This document shows, piece by piece, positions 9,901 through 16,350 of a DNA stretch of 64,000 bases (position 1 is the first letter of the stretch; every line of letters starts with the position of its first letter). Made by a program: the position numbers and the translations under genes. The stretch is from Promethearchaeota archaeon (lineage in GTDB: Archaea > Asgardarchaeota > Lokiarchaeia > Sigyniarchaeales > SOKP01). The notes beneath the pieces were generated by a model. That model did not search any database. It was not told where the DNA came from and saw only the letters and a list, made by a program, of their open reading frames with translations. The DNA lies in the NCBI GenBank assembly GCA_048940605.1, contig JBHLOJ010000002.1, forward strand, positions 17,742-81,741, written 5' to 3'.

Positions 9901-10967
9901 GTAGGATTATGGACAGTCCCATTTATACGGCATAATTCCGTAGGATTAATCCACCCAGGATCTAATATCTCTTGTTCAATATAGATTTTCAAATTTGATA
10001 TATAGGGTTTTGAGGGATTAATCTGAATTACCTGATAATTAGTTATATACTTTAAATGATCATGAGATAATTTAACTCGGTAATACACCCGTTGATTACT
10101 TAGTATTGTAGAACTAAAATCCGTGTAAAAAAAAGAATGACTTGTTCCTGTTGAAAGAGTTACATTGCCTGTCCTAAAAATATGCCATGTATACCCATCA
10201 GTACTTTTTTCTAGTTCATAAGTTGCGTTATAAGGTTCTGATAGGGTGTATGTATTCAGGTTACTGACAGTAAAATTAATATCATACATCTCATTGGTAC
10301 TTGCCTCAGTTTTATTGATTTCAAAAGAAGAAACCTCTGATATAGGATAGGAGGAAAGCGCAGAGTTAAGGCAAGAATAGTCAGGATCAAGTGCAGATAT
10401 GTGATTATCAGCAGTAATATTTAAAATTAAAGTGTTTGTCATGTGATAATTTTTATGGTACCAATAACCACCACCAAAAGGACTACTATATATAATAAAA
10501 ACTCGAACATAAAGATGACATTCAACTTCAATCTCCTGCCCAGGCACAACATATATCGGTTTCAGTGTATCCACTAAATTGAAACTATGAGGAGAGGATA
10601 TAGGTATCACTGTTGGTACAGCAAGATAAGTAATTGTTAATTCGCATATTTCAATTACCGCACCATATCCGGCATAAATTAAATCAGCTATTGAAGTTTT
10701 CTCAAAGAAATCTTCAACGTCAAAGGAAGATTGCCATGTTACTTCAGTCTGTATTATTTCGGGACTAGGCCATTGGTTGCTTCCAGATAATAATGGATCT
10801 ATTACTTCAGATTTATCATTTTCAGTTTCAACTTTGAAAAAAGCAGAATTTGGATCAACTGCGATTACCAATTGATTACTACATAATACAATAGCACAAA
10901 TCAAAATTGATCTTATCTTTTGGTGTTTTTTCATATAGATTTCACTACCATTTATATTGTAGATCAC
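6909..10967 (-). CDS. Large secreted acidic protein (1352 aa in the track; more likely 1341 aa from ATG 10934), function unknown
   Basis: From the internal Met at 10934 the sequence MKKHQKIRSILICAIVLCSNQLVIAV reads as a classic signal peptide. The protein is beta-rich and Asp/Glu/Asn-rich with N-x-S/T sequons. It has Ig-like segments bounded by DDDLTPP and DDDKDPP, and a helical, Cys-containing C-terminal region (CRKSRC, CNNKCC). Confidence 0.75.
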   Translation of the reverse strand: MIYNINGSEIYMKKHQKIRSILICAIVLCSNQLVIAVDPNSAFFKVETENDKSEVIDPLLSGSNQWPSPEIIQTEVTWQSSFDVEDFFEKTSIADLIYAGYGAVIEICELTITYLAVPTVIPISSPHSFNLVDTLKPIYVVPGQEIEVECHLYVRVFIIYSSPFGGGYWYHKNYHMTNTLILNITADNHISALDPDYSCLNSALSSYPISEVSSFEINKTEASTNEMYDINFTVSNLNTYTLSEPYNATYELEKSTDGYTWHIFRTGNVTLSTGTSHSFFYTDFSSTILSNQRVYYRVKLSHDHLKYITNYQVIQINPSKPYISNLKIYIEQEILDPGWINPTELCRINGTVHNPTGLQVNAIHIMYTRYFTDDPEYMLVVENIGDIPANSNKKFSLGVSNITDLTYRDTPYLIPGYDRYLSNGSRIQLHEWDWCDKESGEVYSTERDLEFQVWIQDDETDSKITQQFLVHIPHLKISYADFIQESNQLAEYYRNQADNMNDLGKWANWAALILDIGALLVDIFADVYDLLDDFLNGLSILLDSIGIYWDYEEDRYNDLEDGEEARIRALIQSIIEDPPDPNIEEVVEIEEIYIDPLPNNVSESQTLRNLHAVYEAQNLFITATEAIKISIERYTYAMMVGNYNAAKIQAEAVKNYTLIQSNFYHSYITHLEDYMDNLTPEIIINNEGIDFDGIVQEISTIQIDIINNVTLYEQFKGVLIKNNYTERDAEEIIDTFLDFSLLSFNQQVEQFINDSNEESRVVVSNNAEVMEMIVMSSEQLVRTAENPSEVTVFEISSSQYSNLIELSLQPSICELFNGENATISLTITNLIEEPVMTHISLDESEDIQFLIENIDLVSQGIDIELDPIEIKEIPIEIRIPVNSPPKYINPEITVSTEKYDKIYRKTKRLTIIIEDDDLTPPQIFLDHEGESTDGQPGTLEFKIRDPDENSEATGELIIEDQEGILFSETYAEGTFIIDVNQVPIFELGEYSAILSVENNDDDGWDGDEETNSFSILFNIEDDDKDPPNLSDLIITLDIHHIYLTLNASDYSGIDTFTFIVNGQVIKPLYSSQNGDIYYFVLLNQWILNKGIHNVQIKAIDGDNDRPNDNLINSISGNFEISLGNMYEYVDWQIEELKAYVDEIFSCRKSRCLNRKLSKAQEHLVEAFSSVENGEITCTLYNDKMAKVFVQIVEFRNELYNRHFHNKYCNNKCCHMSDEHTEYIIDTLHAIRNNIVILMGASTGSEQAYDIAYLEVDLLNLSDFIEEEISSCTGKYLSWKVYCASKMLESALFKIDMEEDSEYILNCVQWKLERVIWKINWYLNKERISENLADYLTKETTRIMEVIEQLIVG

Positions 10968-11164
10968 ATAAAAATAGGAATAATCGAATATTTAACATTT
11001 GTGTATGGAATTTTGAACAAAGTCATATTTAACAGTTATAATCTTATTCTTTTCTTTACTACTTTAGGTAGTTTCACCGAACTTTTCGATAATCCAAATT
11101 ATGTAGGGAAGATGACTCCTCCCAACAGGAAAGGGTTTTATAATTTCAATTTTTGATATTGTTT

Positions 11165-11184
11165 ATCAAAGGATATCCTTTGAT
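11165..11184. promoter_or_regulatory. Perfect 20-bp palindrome ATCAAAGGATATCCTTTGAT
   Basis: Read directly; the reverse complement is identical. It lies in the 323-nt spacer between the stop of ORF 11291..12841 and the start of ORF 6909..10967. No adjacent T-run is present, so it looks more like a binding site than a terminator. Confidence 0.3.
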
Positions 11185-11290
11185 GTCGATGCCTAAATTA
11201 TCTTTAACAAAGTTGTTATGCATTTAGGATTACGGGAAAAAGCAGAAAAGGAGAATCTGTTCGATAAAGAAGAGTGGTCTAAAGTAATTT

Positions 11291-12841
11291 TTACTGGTTT
11301 GAAATTCCTTTTAAGACTACCATGAAATCATAATTGTCGCGATCTTGAGCTTTTTTTTCATATAGAATTTCTTCATCATCGTAATATTCTATCCCTGTTG
11401 ATTCTCTTTTAGGATAGAAATGAGCCCCGTCCTCTTTAGAAAATACTTTTTTAACATCTTTCGTTTGTTTGATAACAATTAATATACAATCCTTCATAAG
11501 ACCATCCTCATTGGAAAGCTTAACATCCACTATTTCAAAGAACTTAGTGAACTTTCTTACATGATTTCTAATTATCTCATATAATTCTTTTTTTTTATTC
11601 TCGATATCGTCTAAGCCAAAGATCTTCCTTGGAATTTTATCTGATATACCAATAAGAAGCACACCTCCCATTGAGTTAGCAAATGCACAAACATGCTTAC
11701 AAAATTTTAATTTACTTTCCTTCTGAACCTTTCTCTCATTAGACTTCCACCATTCAAATGTCTGCTTAAAATCCCAATAATCGTGCTCAGTTTTTTCAAG
11801 AACATTTGTAATAAATTTTCTCCAGAAGGTATCATTATGAATTTCTCGAAACCACCTATCATATATTCGAGTTACCCTTTTCGATTCTTTCCTGCTTAAT
11901 ATTGAAAAACTTAATTTTTTCGAATTTTTCAATTCATTTTTAAATCCTAATTTCAAATCCTTAAACGAGGATAAAGCATCTAAGACTTTTTGAGAATTTT
12001 CTTTATTTATTGTCTGATGGTATAGAATAAAATTCAAATTTTCTATATAGGTATCTATAATTGTAATTATATCAAAGGAACCTTTTGATTTAAATAAAAC
12101 ATAAATTTTATACAAGTCAAATTTAAATTGTGCACTTTTTAATATATCAAACAAATCCATATAAAGGATTTGACGCAGATCTAGGATAATCTTTTCAAAA
12201 TCCACTTTGCTTAAGTAATTTATATCATTTTTAATTGATTTAATCGTGTTCCTCATCGTTTCATCCAATTTAAAGACCTCTGATTTAATAATATTTTCTA
12301 CAGACCAGCGAAATCGTTTAATGTATTCTTCTTCTTGTCCAAGGACAAAAAACATACTGTGGAGGATTAATATACTACCTATTATGATAAAAATAACCTG
12401 ATTATAAAGACTAGATTCAAGCATATCCAAAACAAAAGTATAACGATATAACAAAAAATCAGCAAGATAACATATTGGAAACAATGTTATTAAAATAAAC
12501 CTTAAAAAATTGAATACACTTCTATTTTTCATATATGTATCTGCTTTTTTGTACCATTTAGTTAAAGTCTCTTGAAATTCATTGTCATTAGTTACCACGC
12601 CGTTTTTCAGAAGATTTGAGAGAGGTTTCAAAAAATTTCTATGATGATCCCAACTATTGACTTTCCAAGAATAATAATTTCTTGAGACTAAAGTGAAAAT
12701 CAATAAAATTAAAACTAGAGACCATAGCATAAAATATGCATCAATAGTAGTAAAAATACTGGCATCAATTGCGAAATAGCTAAGAGACAAAATAAATGAA
12801 ATTATTGAAGTATAAAGATAAAAACTACTAATATTAAACAC
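11291..12841 (-). CDS. Membrane protein (about 4 TM helices) with a C-terminal AlbA_2/Schlafen-like (divergent AAA_4 N-terminal type) domain
   Basis: GTG start at 12841. The N-terminal third has hydrophobic helices (SIISFILSLSYFAI, MLWSLVLILLIFTLV, FILITLFPICYLADFLL, VIFIIIGSILILHSMFFVL). The C-terminus DYWDFKQTF...KHVCAFANSMGGVLLIGISDK (core at about 11643-11690) matches the E-x-EFK ... AFANxxGGxLxIGV signature of the AlbA_2 family, recalled from memory. Confidence 0.7.
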   Translation of the reverse strand: MFNISSFYLYTSIISFILSLSYFAIDASIFTTIDAYFMLWSLVLILLIFTLVSRNYYSWKVNSWDHHRNFLKPLSNLLKNGVVTNDNEFQETLTKWYKKADTYMKNRSVFNFLRFILITLFPICYLADFLLYRYTFVLDMLESSLYNQVIFIIIGSILILHSMFFVLGQEEEYIKRFRWSVENIIKSEVFKLDETMRNTIKSIKNDINYLSKVDFEKIILDLRQILYMDLFDILKSAQFKFDLYKIYVLFKSKGSFDIITIIDTYIENLNFILYHQTINKENSQKVLDALSSFKDLKLGFKNELKNSKKLSFSILSRKESKRVTRIYDRWFREIHNDTFWRKFITNVLEKTEHDYWDFKQTFEWWKSNERKVQKESKLKFCKHVCAFANSMGGVLLIGISDKIPRKIFGLDDIENKKKELYEIIRNHVRKFTKFFEIVDVKLSNEDGLMKDCILIVIKQTKDVKKVFSKEDGAHFYPKRESTGIEYYDDEEILYEKKAQDRDNYDFMVVLKGISNQ

Positions 12842-13178
12842 AGACTTAGCAAAAGTGAAGAATTTGTCAAGATTTATATAGGAATCAGAGAGAGTTATAT
12901 AACTTCACCCCTTAATAATCTGTGTGTATTTTTATATAAAATCTTTTAGTAATATTAAATAAATAGAAGGGAGATATTTAAAGATAAAATTTGTTAATTT
13001 CGGAAATTTTGCTAAATTCAATCCTTAACCTCAATCTTATTTCTATAAATCTATAAGGAAACAACTTGTGATTTTCTGTAATACGAAATTTACAATTTTA
13101 AGCTTATTATTATTTAGGAGAGAGCTGAATTACTAATTGATCGTACTGAATGTATTTTGTCTGGTTGTTTTGGTTGTC

Positions 13179-13427
13179 TTAGTAGTTCCAATTATAATCA
13201 AACGGGATTTGTTTCCCGTGTTCAAGAATCCGCTGGCACGGTGTTGGTTCTTCTTGACCTGGAAATTTAGCCATAATCAATTCATTATTTTGGTATTCGA
13301 AATGTCTTAATCCGTCCAATTCTTTTTTAGGAGAGTAGACATTAATATATTCGTTATCAAGACTTTTTTTGATATTTTCTAATCCTGTGATAATTTTATT
13401 AAGTAGCTTCAGATCATAAATATTCAC
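13179..13427 (-). CDS. Small hypothetical protein, 82 aa
   Basis: The ORF is isolated in an otherwise non-coding stretch and its composition is plausible for a protein. No motif recognised. Confidence 0.35.
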   Translation of the reverse strand: MNIYDLKLLNKIITGLENIKKSLDNEYINVYSPKKELDGLRHFEYQNNELIMAKFPGQEEPTPCQRILEHGKQIPFDYNWNY

Positions 13428-13558
13428 TCATTTAATCTTGTTTTTTATTTCCTTAGATTTCTAAGAGGTCTACATCAAATAAAGTTAAAAAATTTTCTTT
13501 TTTTTTTTTTTGTCTCTCTTTATCGTTTTTCAACATATCCTTTATTATTATAGTGTAT

Positions 13559-13583
13559 AAAAGGAGACTCCCCCAGCAAGACC
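13559..13583 (+). repeat. Second copy of the intergenic motif AAAAGGAGACTCC..CCAGCAA.ACC
   Basis: AAAAGGAGACTCCCCCAGCAAGACC here compares with AAAAGGAGACTCCTACCAGCAAAACC at 22437-22462, about 22-23 of 25-26 positions identical. Both copies are intergenic, and each lies ~10-25 nt downstream of an A/T-rich TATA-like stretch. A weaker relative, GATGACTCCTCCCAACAGGAAAGG, lies at about 11110-11133. Confidence 0.4.
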
Positions 13584-13747
13584 AAATCATAGTGTCATCT
13601 TCATTATGAAGGAGATTCTGTAAAGAAAGCACTCAAAAGTAATAAAGAAATGAAAGAGAATTAAACCACCAATAATTTATATTTAATAATTCTTTGAAAG
13701 ATTATAGATCAAATTGATCTGTAATGAATTTGTAAATTGATGAAATC

Positions 13748-14491
13748 ATGAAGTATATTAAAGAATTTTATAAGAAGACTTTAGAGAGATTTACAGTAAA
13801 TCTAAGCTACGACTCGGATTTAGTTGGAATCGAAATTAATACAATAAAACCATTAGCTGATGAAATTAATAAATTCTATCCTGAAAATCCGATTTTAGGT
13901 TTATTGAAGAGACGTCCTTCACAAGTAAATATTGGAACCTTAACTTTCAAAGATGAAAAAAATATTAATCTAGTAGAAATTGGTCAAGATTTTCTCAGTT
14001 TTACCTTTAATCAGTATGATAAATGGGATACAGAACTATCTAAGATCATACATGTTTTTAAAGCTTTAACAAAATCAGTAGAAATCCCTAATATAACCAA
14101 GATTGTTCTAACTTATACAGATGTTTTTCGCATACCCACTGAAAAATTTGAATATAATAATTTTTTTACAATGCCGAACTTTGATAATGATTTTGGTTGG
14201 AACGTAAAATTTCATGATATATATTTGGGTTTCGTTCCAACTGAAGAAAACTTAGAATCTGAGAAAAGAAAAATCACATTTAGGTTAAGATCTCGAGGAA
14301 TACAAGATATTTATTATGTATTTGGACTTGAAACAGTAGGAAGCATTGATAATTTTATAATAACTCCAGACCCTAACAAATTAAAGGATCATTTAGATCA
14401 ATGTCATGCGCAAATTGAGGATCATTTTATCAATATCTTAACTGACCATTATAGAGGTATAATTGGTCTCGAAATTGAGGAATATGAATGA
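13748..14491 (+). CDS. Hypothetical protein, 247 aa, first gene of a three-gene operon; resembles the sporadically distributed TIGR04255 family (from memory)
   Basis: ATG start. The layout ...FYPENP...LSFTFNQYDKWDTE...ITKIVLTYTDVFRIP... recalls the TIGR04255 pattern (Y-x-x-W ... riGLRYiN-like strand). The stop at 14489-14491 overlaps an SD-like GAGGT (14490-14494), 8 nt before the next ATG. Confidence 0.6.
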   Translation: MKYIKEFYKKTLERFTVNLSYDSDLVGIEINTIKPLADEINKFYPENPILGLLKRRPSQVNIGTLTFKDEKNINLVEIGQDFLSFTFNQYDKWDTELSKIIHVFKALTKSVEIPNITKIVLTYTDVFRIPTEKFEYNNFFTMPNFDNDFGWNVKFHDIYLGFVPTEENLESEKRKITFRLRSRGIQDIYYVFGLETVGSIDNFIITPDPNKLKDHLDQCHAQIEDHFINILTDHYRGIIGLEIEEYE

Positions 14492-14502
14492 GGTTAACAT
14501 AA

Positions 14503-15120
14503 ATGAATTCTTCAATTATCGATCAGTTCTTAAGTTCCAGTGAAATAAAAGAATTTGAAGATAGCATAATGAGGTGGTTAGTTGAGAATTTCAGCCCCCA
14601 AAAAGAAGGATTTGATTCTCAATCTGATACCAATATACTAAAAAATGAATTATCATATGTAGGTCAATTAGAAAACATTTTTTTAATCTTTATTGAGTCT
14701 GTAAGTGAAAAATATTCTACTGAATCTGCTAAACATCTGTATAATAAAACTGTGAAGACTATATTAAGTAATATTAAAATTTTTGAAATAAAGGATAATA
14801 TAAATTTGGAAGATATTACTAAATCGTTTTTAAGTGCATTTGACACTCTCAAACTCGATGATCCAGGGTTCTTTGGAAACCAGATCTCTTATCACCAGTT
14901 TCTCCCTGAAACATTTGATTATCTCAGCAATCAAATTGCTTTAGAGTTAATTTCTTCAGATTGGGTAGTTCCTAGTTTTTGGAGGGATGAAGTATTTAAA
15001 AAGATATTAGATATAGACGAGACTCGACAATTAAAGTTCGCAATAAAATCAATGATTTTATTCATAGAGCTAATCAAAGAACAGAAAAAAAGATTAGATG
15101 ATTTAAAAGTTAAGATCTAA
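14503..15120 (+). CDS. Hypothetical all-alpha protein, 205 aa, second gene of the operon
   Basis: Preceded by GAGGT at the optimal spacing. Its stop TAA (15118-15120) directly abuts the next ATG (15121). No family recognised. Confidence 0.6.
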   Translation: MNSSIIDQFLSSSEIKEFEDSIMRWLVENFSPQKEGFDSQSDTNILKNELSYVGQLENIFLIFIESVSEKYSTESAKHLYNKTVKTILSNIKIFEIKDNINLEDITKSFLSAFDTLKLDDPGFFGNQISYHQFLPETFDYLSNQIALELISSDWVVPSFWRDEVFKKILDIDETRQLKFAIKSMILFIELIKEQKKRLDDLKVKI

Positions 15121-16290
15121 ATGAAAAGATTGGAAATGAACCAAACGATATATAGGTTTAATTTAGAAAAGGGAGAACCTCCGATAACTCAAGGAGATGT
15201 TTTTTCTAATCTACCTTATTTCAGTAATGCTTTTTTGTTACGATCATCCCCTAATAACCTTGATGTTTTCAAAAATGAAAATCAAGAAATATGGAGCGAA
15301 GTAATCCAAAATAACTCAAAAATTCAATTTGAAGGATTTTACTATCCAAAATGGGGTATAATTGCAAGTCAAGACTGTGATATTAAACCAAAAATGGATT
15401 TAATATTTTATCCACTGGAAAAGACTAATAAATTAATTAATGCAGAAGACATAATTCTTGATATTAATCGCAAAATTAAAAACACAACCAGAAGATTATA
15501 TCTCCCTGAATTAACTTTTCAGAATGAACAAATTTATGGACCTTTTGAAATAATTTTTCATAATCCATTTACTATTCCTTATGAACTAGTGGAGAAAAAT
15601 TATGATAAATGTTGGAGAGCAAGACTTATAGAATCAGCAAAAAAAATATTTATAGGAAAGTTATCTCAATTTTTCACAAGATTACCAATTGAAGAATTTA
15701 TTTTCTTAGAAAATCGAGAAATTACAAAATATCTTCGGCAAGATTGGAAAAAATTTTGGAAAGAAAAGACTCCTGAACAGTTTAACAGTAGAGTAAAAAA
15801 GATAGGTGAAATCATAGATACATTACAGTTTGTTAAGAGAAAAGAAGATATTTCAAAGATTTTTTATTATGATGTTGAATTAATAGAGAAAATTAGAAAA
15901 ATTTTAAAAGATATTAATTGGTTTCAACAAGCAGAGAATTTATATAATCAGTGTAACCAAATATTAAATTCTTATGAAGATAGACCAAGCGAAACATCTA
16001 ATCTATTTGAAATTCTTGTTGAAGTTCTTATTATAAATAAAGAGTCATTTCAAAATAAGTTCTATAACTTTTATCAAACGAATAGGGAGGGAATAATGAA
16101 AATGAGACAGAAAAATAAGTACGTAGAAGGCATTTTACCGTCTAATTTGAATGATCGGGAAGAAAAATTTAGAGAGTATGCTAACAAAATCTTTAAAGCT
16201 AAGGAAGCTTTTGAAAAAATCCCAGATTTTTTAATAAATTATGAAGAGCTTTTCGAGAAAATCGAAAAGACAAGAAAATTGGAAAATTAA
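15121..16290 (+). CDS. Hypothetical protein, 389 aa, third gene of the operon
   Basis: Start abuts the previous stop, which indicates translational coupling. The N-terminal ~190 aa carry conserved-looking elements (ITQGDVF, GIIASQDCDI, LSQFFTRLPIEEF). The C-terminal half is helical and Lys/Glu-rich. No family recognised. Confidence 0.6.
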   Translation: MKRLEMNQTIYRFNLEKGEPPITQGDVFSNLPYFSNAFLLRSSPNNLDVFKNENQEIWSEVIQNNSKIQFEGFYYPKWGIIASQDCDIKPKMDLIFYPLEKTNKLINAEDIILDINRKIKNTTRRLYLPELTFQNEQIYGPFEIIFHNPFTIPYELVEKNYDKCWRARLIESAKKIFIGKLSQFFTRLPIEEFIFLENREITKYLRQDWKKFWKEKTPEQFNSRVKKIGEIIDTLQFVKRKEDISKIFYYDVELIEKIRKILKDINWFQQAENLYNQCNQILNSYEDRPSETSNLFEILVEVLIINKESFQNKFYNFYQTNREGIMKMRQKNKYVEGILPSNLNDREEKFREYANKIFKAKEAFEKIPDFLINYEELFEKIEKTRKLEN

Positions 16291-16320
16291 AGATTATTCT
16301 TCTTAATAATATCATATAAT

Positions 16321-16330
16321 AAAAAAAAAA
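16321..16330 (-). terminator. Oligo-T tract (T10 on the minus strand) 21-30 nt after the stop of ORF 16351..18618
   Basis: A10 on the + strand, read directly. The arrangement is the same as at 6889 and 20384. Confidence 0.35.
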
Positions 16331-16350
16331 GATATTTATTTATTATTATT

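Noticed and set aside
10920-11156. A 78-aa + strand ORF spanning the start of the 1352-aa gene and the upstream spacer
   Set aside because: It overlaps the 5' end of a well-supported gene on the other strand and has a hydrophobic, low-complexity translation. It is more likely promoter or UTR sequence.
13498-13511. A T14 homopolymer as a terminator
   Set aside because: It lies upstream of a minus-strand ORF start, and no + strand gene ends before it, so it terminates nothing obvious. It is noted only as a slippage-prone tract.
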